DNA from: Escherichia coli
GTDB lineage: Bacteria; Pseudomonadota; Gammaproteobacteria; Enterobacterales; Enterobacteriaceae
NCBI RefSeq assembly: GCF_002854065.1
Contig: NZ_CP024147.1
Reading direction: 5' to 3' (one strand)
DNA: 64,000 nt
The notes under the pieces were generated by a model that did no database searches, was not told the origin of the DNA, and saw nothing but the letters and a program-made list of their open reading frames with translations. This document shows positions 1-8,674 of this stretch, piece after piece (position 1 is the first letter of the stretch; each line of letters starts with the position of its first letter). Made by a program: the position numbers and the translations under genes.

Positions 1-629
1 AAAAAGAGCCGCCTGCACAGGCTGCTACACAATGAAAAAAGAATCATTCCACAAGCAAGGCACTTATGAGCAAGGTTAGTTGCCCTGGTGCTAACATAAC
101 GGTTAAGGCGGTAAGAACAAGCCACTAGCGGCTAAACGTTTTCCTTCCGAGTTGACAGTTTCCTGCTTGAGAGCTGCTCGTTTGTTAGCCAGAACAGGTT
201 AACGGATAAAATCAGTATATCCATAATAAATAAATAGTTGTTTAGCATTTATTTAAATAATGCCTTCCGAATAATACGCACTAAAATAATAAACAAGCTA
301 GGACTATCCAGTACTGCTAATTGATAGGCGCTCATGAAAACTGGAGAGATAATTGCTTCTGATTAGCCATCAATGCAATTACATCCTGGTCTGGGGATTC
401 CCGGGGGTTAAGTAGCGTGATTAACCATCATAAATATTGATTGAACTCATTTACCTAAAAAGCGCCATTTTGATAGGCTCGACTTAACTCGTTGACCATT
501 TACAGGATTGTAACGTTGGAAATCTTTTTTTAACCCACTGAAAAGTATCTCTTAAATATTTTTCATACATAAAAATTCATGGTCCGTTCAGTACGGATCC
601 GATTTTGTATGGGTTAAAAAAGGTACGTT

Positions 630-1238
630 ATGAAAGTTACATGGACCGTCACGCCTGTGGGGTATCAGCGCATCGCGAAACGATGCCCTTCATGCAACAT
701 TAAACGGGACTTCACGCCGTCAGGTGCATTTCGGGTTAATTCACAAAAGAAGGTGCTGGACGTGTGGAGTATCTATAAATGCACACACTGTGATTACACC
801 TGGAATATCTCCCTGTTTTCGCGTCTGCACGTCAGCAAAATTGACCGCCAGCTTTATCATCGACTAATGACAAACGATGCCGCCACGGTGCAGCACTTTG
901 CATGTGATATCGCGATGCTGAAGCGGAACAATGCAGAGCTATCGGGTCGGCCTGATTTTCACGTTCAGGAGCGCTGGCCGGTAAGCATCACCGCCCACCA
1001 GCGGGTTCGCGTTAGTGTCAGGATCTCCCGTTCATTTCAGGTAAGTCTGCTGTCGATTTTGAAGCAGCAGCTCATGCTGAGCGCTGGTGAGATTCAGAGA
1101 ATGGTGGAAGCAGGGCATATAAGTGGCGTTACACTGAAGTTGCTTAAATCGAGAAAGCTGAAGGCAGCGGAATATCACTTTCAGCTGACTGCGGAAATGT
1201 TATATGCCCGGCGCAGGATCGTTCTGACGCATCGTTAA
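630..1238 (+). CDS. hypothetical zinc-ribbon protein, DUF1062-like
   Basis: 202-aa ORF. It has two Cys pairs (CPSC, CTHC), and the block FRVNSQKKVLDVWSIYKCTHCDYTWN resembles DUF1062 as I recall that family. Purine-rich aaaaagg lies upstream of the ATG. Confidence 0.55.
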   Translation: MKVTWTVTPVGYQRIAKRCPSCNIKRDFTPSGAFRVNSQKKVLDVWSIYKCTHCDYTWNISLFSRLHVSKIDRQLYHRLMTNDAATVQHFACDIAMLKRNNAELSGRPDFHVQERWPVSITAHQRVRVSVRISRSFQVSLLSILKQQLMLSAGEIQRMVEAGHISGVTLKLLKSRKLKAAEYHFQLTAEMLYARRRIVLTHR

Positions 1239-1244
1239 AATATT

Positions 1245-1330
1245 AAGCTCCCCTGAGGTAATAAACGCCCGTGTGGCAGCGGTTCAACATAATGCCAGAT
1301 AGGCCAGGGATAGGGGAGCTTCAGTTTTTC
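1245..1330 (+). terminator. possible terminator-like long hairpin after the DUF1062-like gene
   Basis: Perfect 10-bp arms AAGCTCCCCT (1245-1254) and AGGGGAGCTT (1312-1321) are followed by CAGTTTTTC. The 57-nt loop is unusually large. Confidence 0.3.
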
Positions 1331-1454
1331 GGCTTCTGAATTGAGAACTTTAGTGAATGGGGTGATAGAGGATATCGCTTGAATTGTGCCGAGTCTAATG
1401 GTGCTTTAAGGATTGGGATATCGGGAAAGGTGTAGCTTAATTGAATGGGTTGTA

Positions 1455-1664
1455 TCAATGACCGCGTGAATCGGCAATGCGTTGCTGTAACCATAATTCG
1501 ACTTCACTTTTCTTCCAGCGGGAGCACCGGCCCAGCTTAATTGGCTTCGGGAACAGTCCGTCTTTTATCAACTTATAGAACCATTTATCCGTCAGCCCCG
1601 TTAGCTTTGTGATGAAGCGCATATCCACCAGTTGGTCATCAAGCAAAGAAATTTGTTCTGTCAT
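1455..1664 (-). CDS. AlpA-family phage/island transcriptional regulator (MerR-like HTH)
   Basis: MTEQISLLDDQLVDMRFITKLTGLTDKWFYKLIKDGLFPKPIKLGRCSRWKKSEVELWL matches the AlpA/prophage regulatory protein pattern. The start was trimmed to the internal Met (M24 of the tracked ORF). Confidence 0.8.
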   Translation of the reverse strand: MTEQISLLDDQLVDMRFITKLTGLTDKWFYKLIKDGLFPKPIKLGRCSRWKKSEVELWLQQRIADSRGH

Positions 1665-1771
1665 GATGCTGTCTTCCATTGTGGGATTATCCTGAGCTGG
1701 TGGTTGATTGCTCGTTACTACCAGCCCTTCCACATCAATGGATTGATACGTAAAAAAGTGCAGAACGTGAG

Positions 1772-2350
1772 TTATAGTGAGCGAGGACGCCCCAGTCCGC
1801 TGGGCGGCGGTACCTCACTGGCTCCGTAGTGATAGTGACCGTGCTTTTGCTCTTCTTTGGCAAGGTAGCTGATGATGTAGCGCAGGTTATCGATGGCTTC
1901 GGTATCATCGTAGTTCACCGGCTTATCAATACTGACGTCATAAGTAGGTTTGTATTCGCAGCGGTTGTAATAGCCTTCTCGTTGCGTTATTTCCCGCCAT
2001 ATTGTTCCGACTCTCTCAGCTATTGGGTAGGTAGCCTGGTTAAGGTGCCTGTCGAGATAGAACACGATATGAGCATGGCAGCCGTGGTCTACAGAGCTCT
2101 CCAGTACCCAGAAATACCCTGCCAGATTTGTGTGCTGCAGGGTGCGTTCAACCAGCATGCGTACCTCTCGCTCTGTTTCGTTCCATGAATGACGTTTAAA
2201 GCGCTCTGTACCTTTCTGATAGAACAGGTCGAGTCGGAGTGCCTGTATTTGGGAATATCGGTTCAGTAGCTGATTCAGGTGGTCATTGAGTAGAGACAGT
2301 AGAAACCAGTTCATCGTGTATCTGGGGTTAAATGGGTAAGGTGTATGCAT
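1772..2350 (-). CDS. YfjJ/YagK-family (inovirus Gp2-like) island protein
   Basis: The body from MHTPYPFNPRYT...LRLDLFY...GYFWVLE...HAHIVFYLD...LRYIISYLAKEEQK resembles the K-12 CP4 prophage YfjJ/YagK paralogs. The start was trimmed to M64 of the tracked ORF. Confidence 0.7.
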   Translation of the reverse strand: MHTPYPFNPRYTMNWFLLSLLNDHLNQLLNRYSQIQALRLDLFYQKGTERFKRHSWNETEREVRMLVERTLQHTNLAGYFWVLESSVDHGCHAHIVFYLDRHLNQATYPIAERVGTIWREITQREGYYNRCEYKPTYDVSIDKPVNYDDTEAIDNLRYIISYLAKEEQKHGHYHYGASEVPPPSGLGRPRSL

Positions 2351-2688
2351 TGATTTATCCTTTGTCAGGTGGAGTACAAAGGATTGGGATGGGATGTAAT
2401 TTTTAAGAGAAGCAGAGATACAGGGAACTGCGTATCCAGGGGAATACAGGCAGGGTTGCTTGTTGGGGAAGGGGCTATGAACAGAGTGGTATAGAAACAG
2501 GGAGTCCCCCTTAATTATACTAAAAACCCAAATGTTCATATCTGCTGTTGAACGATGCTAATGAGGTGAGCACAGGAGGATTGTAGGGTGAAAACAACAG
2601 GAATAATGCAGTAAAATGTCAGGCTTTTATCACAATTAAATCAGTAGGATATCAGTAAAAAATCAGCCATTCCTCAGCCTGTGACCCA

Positions 2689-2750
2689 CCTCCCTCTACC
2701 TAAAAGATGCTCATGCTAATCTGTGTTCAGGAGCCAGAATTAGAGGGAGG
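2689..2750 (+). promoter_or_regulatory. candidate anti-Shine-Dalgarno hairpin in the leader of the 305-aa gene
   Basis: CCTCCCTCTA (2689-2698) is the perfect reverse complement of TAGAGGGAGG (2741-2750). The latter is the SD located 5 nt upstream of the ATG at 2756. Confidence 0.35.
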
Positions 2751-2755
2751 AGACG

Positions 2756-3673
2756 ATGTTGCATTACGATATGATCCGCTATGAAATAATGTACCTAAAA
2801 ACGCTGGACAGGCATTTCAATACAGATCACTCGTTACTGTGCAGTACTTATGATAGGCCCGATGATTTTCGACGCTTGATCTCTCAGATACTTGAACGGC
2901 ATTTTCTTGGCGATCAGGACAGAATCAAAATTGCGCGGAAAACACTTAAAGAATGGGCTGACCTGCAACTGATTGATAAAGAATATTTTGATTGTTTCAA
3001 AGGCACACCAAGAGCATCGTGGTTTGCTCACCATTATATTTTTGAATACCCAGTATTACCTGCAGGGTTGAAACTTGGTGGGTTGGGGAATGACGTCGGT
3101 TGTTCAGGTGGTTTTAATTCTCTTTTAATGAACGATAATATCTTCACAAATCTTGATTTCTCTAATTTGAATATCGACCTGGACGATATAGATTGGGACC
3201 TGATAACAAATCCACAGGCCACTGCTTCGAAAAAAACGAAACGCGTTTTCTCCCGATTTTATCTGAACGCGGGAGCAAGTACCGATCTGTACAACCCCAC
3301 TCCGGTAACTGAGCGTGAACTCATCAATGGTGTGATGAGGTACATTGATGAAGCACCATGCTCACTTGGAGATAAGATCACTTATTTCAAAAAACTGCAT
3401 GAGCGCTGGCTTGAGCAATATGATTTTTTTCTAACAGATTTTGACTGGATGTCACGTGATGATGAAACTCAGTTAGTATATCTCTGGGACTATCTCAAAG
3501 GAAAGGGACGAATAGCGAGCTATCTTCGCCCTTATAATACGTCTATGCGTTATGACATGATTATTGCGGCTATGGATGTGTGGAACGCCCAACCTGAAGA
3601 GAAGCTGGAGTTTATTGAGAAGATGAAACATGCCTGGCAGGCAGCGAAATCTTACCGGAAATCTGCTAAATAG
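2756..3673 (+). CDS. hypothetical protein, 305 aa, no family recognised
   Basis: Strong SD (GAGGGAGGAG) upstream of the ATG. This is the only long ORF in the region. It is AT-rich and has an acidic, low-complexity centre (DFSNLNIDLDDIDWDL). Two similar helical segments occur: KTLKEWADLQLIDKEYFDCF and KKLHERWLEQYDFFLTDF. Confidence 0.7.
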   Translation: MLHYDMIRYEIMYLKTLDRHFNTDHSLLCSTYDRPDDFRRLISQILERHFLGDQDRIKIARKTLKEWADLQLIDKEYFDCFKGTPRASWFAHHYIFEYPVLPAGLKLGGLGNDVGCSGGFNSLLMNDNIFTNLDFSNLNIDLDDIDWDLITNPQATASKKTKRVFSRFYLNAGASTDLYNPTPVTERELINGVMRYIDEAPCSLGDKITYFKKLHERWLEQYDFFLTDFDWMSRDDETQLVYLWDYLKGKGRIASYLRPYNTSMRYDMIIAAMDVWNAQPEEKLEFIEKMKHAWQAAKSYRKSAK

Positions 3674-4035
3674 CGTTGTGATCGCAGTGATGTCTTGGTC
3701 TGATTTCTCAATGTAGTCATGAATCTGAGTCGACCCAGGGTCCTCTAACTATCTTTTCCTTGTCCCGTTAGGTACAAGCACATACTGTTAAAGATTAATA
3801 TGGCGGGGTATGGACGTCGGAGCTATGCCTACCTTTTAGATCGTTTGCTTCTGACTCGAAGCTTACAAGCTAGCTGATCTGAAGGTCCACTGTGAGCGAG
3901 GAGCGGACACCACGACTCACCAATAACTTGCTGCCCGCTTACGACCCAAAACCACCTATTGTATGTTAATTAATCTAGCAAACAAATGTTTAGCTTTTTA
4001 TCCGGCGAATGAAGCAAGAGAAATTGAACCCATTG

Positions 4036-4512
4036 CTAAGTATTACTGGGATTATTAAAAGGGATAATACTGGCCAATCCGTCATCTACATCAAGACCAT
4101 AGGCAACTGCTATTTCTGCCACAGAGGTACCACACTTTTTTCGCAGTTTAAAAAGCGCTCGCTCAAGCATAGATACTTGCACAGGATGATCAAATCGGAT
4201 GAACTGAGGGGAGCCAACACTGTCACCGAATTCTTGGCATGCCTTTCTCATTTTCCTTAATTGATTTGCTAAATATGAATCGCTCGGTAAACCTTGTAGG
4301 ATTTTAGTCAATTCAGATCTAATGCTGATAACACTCTGAATGCAATGACTAGTATCCTCCATATCGACAGGATTGAAAAGAACTCGCTTGTCCTCAAGAA
4401 AAATGACGATCTTCTTCGCTTCGTCAGCTTCTATTATTGGAGCATTCCACTGAATCCCGAATATAGGGCAGCTAAGGCCTGTAATATTTTTATAGATTCG
4501 TTCAAATTTCAA
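4036..4512 (-). CDS. hypothetical protein, 158 aa, no family recognised
   Basis: TTG start preceded by AAGGAG at a 6-nt spacing. It is the longest ORF of the region, is AT-rich, and converges on the 305-aa gene. Confidence 0.6.
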   Translation of the reverse strand: MKFERIYKNITGLSCPIFGIQWNAPIIEADEAKKIVIFLEDKRVLFNPVDMEDTSHCIQSVISIRSELTKILQGLPSDSYLANQLRKMRKACQEFGDSVGSPQFIRFDHPVQVSMLERALFKLRKKCGTSVAEIAVAYGLDVDDGLASIIPFNNPSNT

Positions 4513-4684
4513 AACTCACTCCTTTGATGGACACATAACGCCTATACAGTCATGATGAGAAACGGACTCGGTTCGAGTAATCTGTTAGATAGCATCACTC
4601 GTAACTACTGTAAAAATAGTTGCTATCATGCTTATTGTCACTATAAATATTACTTAATGTCAGTCAGTTAAGAACGATTATTAT

Positions 4685-4721
4685 CCCCCACAATATAAAA
4701 TGTGTGTGGGGGCTATTTTTT
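4685..4721 (+). terminator. intrinsic-terminator-like hairpin with its T-run on the + strand
   Basis: CCCCCACA (4685-4692) pairs with TGTGGGGG (4705-4712) across a 12-nt loop, followed by CTATTTTTT. On the - strand the hairpin is followed only by ATAATAATCG. Confidence 0.5.
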
Positions 4722-4738
4722 CCAAGAGGTAGGCTTCA

Positions 4739-4951
4739 TCAAAGATAAACTACATGAGAAGAACGCCTTAACTTGCTCAAATGGATTGTGTTACAACAGT
4801 CTTGGTAACGTTTGCTATTGGCACATAGCGGGTCTTCAACCCAGTTAGCTCGCCCATTCTGTGCAAGTAGTGGACAATGAATGAAAAGATATTGGGTCGG
4901 ATTAACCTTGCGAAGGCCATCTAAGTCTGTGACGAACATTTCTTCAAGCAT
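4739..4951 (-). CDS. small hypothetical Cys/His-containing protein (70 aa), possibly spurious or a gene remnant
   Basis: ORF lies 134 nt downstream of the helicase gene on the same strand. TGAGGG sits 8 nt upstream of the ATG. Sequence contains HCP...C...CC..H. No family recognised. Confidence 0.3.
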   Translation of the reverse strand: MLEEMFVTDLDGLRKVNPTQYLFIHCPLLAQNGRANWVEDPLCANSKRYQDCCNTIHLSKLRRSSHVVYL

Positions 4952-5085
4952 CTGAGGCCCTCAGCTCGCACCTAGAATTTTAATTTTGATGCATTTTGCC
5001 TTAGCTTGAGCATTGGAATGTGGCCTGATAACCGGTGTTTTCTTTTACTGGCCGTCCACAGACTCGATGACGCATTTATTCCCGA

Positions 5086-6903
5086 CTACCTTAAACCTGC
5101 CCCTCTCATTCGCTCCTCCAGTTCATCCAGAAATGGGGAACGCCCTAGACGCATAGGGCCGTAGCGACCATCAACAAAACCGGAATACAGCATATGCACC
5201 TCGTCCCGTGCGCGGGTCAGCCCCACATAGAAAAGACGTCGGCTTTCACGCAGCTTCTCTGGCGTCTCATTACGCCACGGCAAATTCCCCAGATCTAAGC
5301 CGACCATGATAACCACGTCATATTCGCAACCTTTGGCTGAGTGAAGTGTCAGCAAATTGAGGTGCTCAGGTGAACCGTCACGACCACCTAGGCTCGTGAT
5401 ATCCAACATCGCTAACGCACCGCCTTCGGCAAGTGCTGCAGTCATGCGATCTAGTTGCTCAGCCTGATCAGAAAGCGTTGGTTCAGTTGCCAGCAGGGAA
5501 TCAACGAGACCGTTGCGCAACGACGCGACAAAATCGGATGCAGAATGTTGGTCGGCACGAAGTGCCCAAAGTAGCCTGGTTAACTCCTGCCCCTTACTCC
5601 GGGCGCATGCATCATCCAGCCTTGCCCGATGAAATGCCAGATAACGGTCTATAAGTCCGCGCAGTTGAGGGCGCCCGATACGCCAACCGCCAGCACACCA
5701 TGCTGCGCAATCCTCCACCCAGCTCGTCAAGGCAACTTTGCGATAAGGTGCTGCGGTATCCACACGAATGTAATCAAAACCGCTAGCTGTCACCGCATCG
5801 GCCACAACATCGCCGGCACGGTAGTCCTTGTACAGAATGGCGATATCACCCAGTGTTCGGCCCGGCTTAGCAGCCAACGCAGCAGGAATAATCTGCTCGA
5901 CAGCATAGACAGCCTGATCCCCCAAGCCATCCGGACACAGCTGGAACGCAATGGTTGTCTGGCGGTTTGGGTCGTTTGCGCGATAACCACGAACCTCACC
6001 CAACACCATCTCCGATGCATTCACGATGTCCGCTCCTGATCTATAGTTCAACTGGAGCCGGACTGTTTCAACGTCTCTCCTGCCTGCCAGTTCTAGTAGT
6101 AACGCACCATCGGCACCAGTGAAACCGTAAATAGATTGGTCTGCATCACCCACTGCAAATAAGCGTACGCCTCCCTCGAAAGCCAGACGTTTGACCATAC
6201 GATGGAGTGCCACGCCCAAATCTTGATATTCATCTACCGCAAGGATCGGAAATTTCGCCTGTACTAGGGGCAGAACCCAATCATGCTCAATTATCAGACG
6301 CTGACCAAATATCACCATATCGTCGTAGTCTATCAGCCCTTGCTGCCGCAATGCAGCTTCGTAGGCCTCGGCCCATGCAGCGAGTTCCTCCTCTGTACGC
6401 CAGGCAACGCTGTTGCGATTCAACACCGAACGGCGATGCCGTCCGAGATCAATAGCCTTATAGGGATGGTTTGCGCCAAAGAGACGGTCACCAGATTGTC
6501 GAAGTAACCGTTCGCTCTCGCGCTGAGACGCTACTGACAGCGGAAATGGGATTGGCAGATCGGCCAGTCGCCCATAGGGCATCAACAGATGGCGCAAGCA
6601 GAACCCATGAACGGTTCCAATAAAGAGATTCGGTGCCTCTCTAAGCCCCAGCGCTTCGAGACGACGGGTTAGCTCGCGTGCGCATTCTTGGCTATATGTG
6701 ATACATGCCGCACCACGTGGAGCTTGAACATCCTCAGCTAGGATTCGTGCCAGCTTCAGCACAAGCGTCTTTGTCTTACCACTCCCCGGGCCCGCGAGCA
6801 CCACGCAGTGTCCCTGGGAGTGATACGCGGATAACTGGCCCGGATTCCCGGCCAGCTCGGCAGCCTGAGCTAAGTAGGCTGCACTGACACTACGTGACGG
6901 CAT
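5086..6903 (-). CDS. gajB: UvrD/Rep-family SF1 helicase, GajB-like (Gabija component B)
   Basis: Walker A AGPGSGKTKT, motif II VDEYQD, motif III GDADQSIYGFTGA, LNYRS, LHSAKGCEYD, and VGLTRARDEV. The ATG at 6903 overlaps the end of the upstream OLD-family gene by 14 nt. Confidence 0.85.
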   Translation of the reverse strand: MPSRSVSAAYLAQAAELAGNPGQLSAYHSQGHCVVLAGPGSGKTKTLVLKLARILAEDVQAPRGAACITYSQECARELTRRLEALGLREAPNLFIGTVHGFCLRHLLMPYGRLADLPIPFPLSVASQRESERLLRQSGDRLFGANHPYKAIDLGRHRRSVLNRNSVAWRTEEELAAWAEAYEAALRQQGLIDYDDMVIFGQRLIIEHDWVLPLVQAKFPILAVDEYQDLGVALHRMVKRLAFEGGVRLFAVGDADQSIYGFTGADGALLLELAGRRDVETVRLQLNYRSGADIVNASEMVLGEVRGYRANDPNRQTTIAFQLCPDGLGDQAVYAVEQIIPAALAAKPGRTLGDIAILYKDYRAGDVVADAVTASGFDYIRVDTAAPYRKVALTSWVEDCAAWCAGGWRIGRPQLRGLIDRYLAFHRARLDDACARSKGQELTRLLWALRADQHSASDFVASLRNGLVDSLLATEPTLSDQAEQLDRMTAALAEGGALAMLDITSLGGRDGSPEHLNLLTLHSAKGCEYDVVIMVGLDLGNLPWRNETPEKLRESRRLFYVGLTRARDEVHMLYSGFVDGRYGPMRLGRSPFLDELEERMRGAGLR

Positions 6904-8674
6904 CGCAGATATACTCCAGTGCTTCACGAATGTAATCCGGGCATACATCCTCCGACACCGAGGGTGCCAGCGCTTGGGCGAACCGCCCTTTGCCAATTCG
7001 CTCAATCAGTTTCAACAACCGGACATTATCAAGCTGGTCCGTGTCATCCACCCACGCCTGTATCCTGTTCAGAGTAGCTCGTCTAGGAGACAATTCCTGC
7101 TCGATAACCAACTTCATGGCTTCGCCCAGTCCACCGGTAAACAGCTCTGGCTCCAGAGTGGTCTCATTGACGAAGCATCCAAAATCTCCGGCACGTGCAA
7201 TCACCTCCTCGGTAGTCATATCATCATGATCAACATCGCTCTCAAGCACGTCTAAGATATTGATAAATCTCTTACGAACCAGCGGCTCTCCATCCTCCTC
7301 AGGATCGCGGTCTGTCAGAATCACATGTGGAATATTGAGTCCCCGCGGCCCTAGGAGCTTCACATACGGAGTGAAATTTGTTCCACCGATCGAGCACACC
7401 GTGATCCCAAGCATATCTAGGGGAATATTAAGAGCATCAGCGAATGCTGGGACAAGAAAGCGTTCAGCATCCCCTTCCACCAAGATCACCCCACGTGAAA
7501 AGAATATTTCGCCGCGAGTGACATCGATATAGCGCTGCAGATCATCTTCGTCCCGCGGCGTAAACGGTGCGTTTGCCGTTGAAACCGCAATCGTCTTCCC
7601 TCCCTCCGGATCATGGCGCAGCAAAACGATGGATCTGATTGGTGTGACGCTGGCGATATGCGGGGAATGGGTGGTCAGGATCGTTGTCAACGGTGTTCCT
7701 TCATCACCATTGTCTCCGTCAGTCCCTAGGAAATAACGGTAAACCAGGCGCTGTACGTGCGGATGTAGGTGCGCTTCCGGCTCCTCGACTACGAAAAACG
7801 TATGGTCTCGTTCTCCGTCATTAACAAGACGATCAAGTTCGAGGCTTTTTAGGGCAAGAAAAATCAGATTAGCTGTCCCCAGACTGGCATCGCCAATGCC
7901 ACGAATGCCACTATCAAGCAGCAAACGCAGGCTACGTAGCAGCGCATCAACGCGAGTCGGTGCAAGTCCGAGCGATACCGGAACGGCATGTTGCTCACCT
8001 GCGATAGCTATCAACCTTTCGCTAATTCGTTCGGCTGTCGCTGCCACCTCATCATGATCAGCCAGTTCCCGTTGAGCCTCATCAACTTGGGTTTGAATCT
8101 CCTCACGAGTCTCGTCGTCCAGAGATGCGGACAGTTCTTCAATAAGCGGTCTTAAGGGTGAATTACGCCAGCTTGAAAGGTCCTTCTCGGCATCACGCAA
8201 CGCGCCTTGAACATCAATGGGCAACATACGGCGAAAGGCACCACCAATATGCATGTCAGGATCAGCTCCACCGAAGATCACATACTCATAATCTTTTAAC
8301 GATTCAGGAGCTCGATTTAACGCGGTTTTGGGCTGAAAGCGGTAGGTAAGACGGGCCACCATCGGAGGCCCCGGATTTAGGACACAGTCATTCAGATGAG
8401 CCATCAATCGGGGATCGTCAGTGAACTCAGTAAGATCCACTGAAATTTCGATGGTCTCCCCCAGTTTGTCTTCGCCCAATCCATCCCAAAAATGTTCAAA
8501 ACCCAGTTGACGGTCACGCTCAGACAACCCTGGGTCAAGAATCAGCTGCAGGCCGCGAATAAAATTGCTCTTGCCAACCTTGTTTTCACCAACAATAACA
8601 ATACTCTCACCCGTTTCAACATCAACATCGGAGAAGTTGGCGAAATTAATTAACCGGATTCGGGAAATCCGCAT
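6890..8674 (-). CDS. gajA: OLD-family ATPase + TOPRIM nuclease, GajA-like (Gabija component A)
   Basis: N-terminal Walker A GENKVGKSN and Walker B/D-loop FFVVEEPEAHLHP. C-terminal TOPRIM signature VILVEGDAERF plus ILTDRDPEED. AGGGAGG SD is present. It is paired with a UvrD-like helicase, as in class 2 OLD/Gabija loci. Confidence 0.85.
   Translation of the reverse strand: MRISRIRLINFANFSDVDVETGESIVIVGENKVGKSNFIRGLQLILDPGLSERDRQLGFEHFWDGLGEDKLGETIEISVDLTEFTDDPRLMAHLNDCVLNPGPPMVARLTYRFQPKTALNRAPESLKDYEYVIFGGADPDMHIGGAFRRMLPIDVQGALRDAEKDLSSWRNSPLRPLIEELSASLDDETREEIQTQVDEAQRELADHDEVAATAERISERLIAIAGEQHAVPVSLGLAPTRVDALLRSLRLLLDSGIRGIGDASLGTANLIFLALKSLELDRLVNDGERDHTFFVVEEPEAHLHPHVQRLVYRYFLGTDGDNGDEGTPLTTILTTHSPHIASVTPIRSIVLLRHDPEGGKTIAVSTANAPFTPRDEDDLQRYIDVTRGEIFFSRGVILVEGDAERFLVPAFADALNIPLDMLGITVCSIGGTNFTPYVKLLGPRGLNIPHVILTDRDPEEDGEPLVRKRFINILDVLESDVDHDDMTTEEVIARAGDFGCFVNETTLEPELFTGGLGEAMKLVIEQELSPRRATLNRIQAWVDDTDQLDNVRLLKLIERIGKGRFAQALAPSVSEDVCPDYIREALEYICDAVT

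Noticed and set aside
1829-2188. 119-aa + strand ORF inside the YfjJ-like gene, and a 65-aa ORF at 1632-1829.
   Set aside because: Both are antisense to recognisable AlpA and YfjJ-family genes, with hydrophobic, junk-like translations.
3674-4035. The 362-bp gap with no ORF of 60 aa or more lying entirely within it, examined for tRNA-like, retron-like or tandem-repeat (type III antitoxin) structure.
   Set aside because: I found no tandem repeats, no long stable hairpins and no tRNA remnants by eye. The gap is kept only as context in the finding at 2756-4951.
4009-4527. + strand ORFs (83 aa and 60 aa) opposite the 158-aa gene.
   Set aside because: They are shorter, basic, low in complexity and lack an SD. 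The - strand ORF has an AAGGAG SD. The + strand terminator at 4685-4721 keeps open the possibility of a non-coding antisense RNA, which is reported separately.
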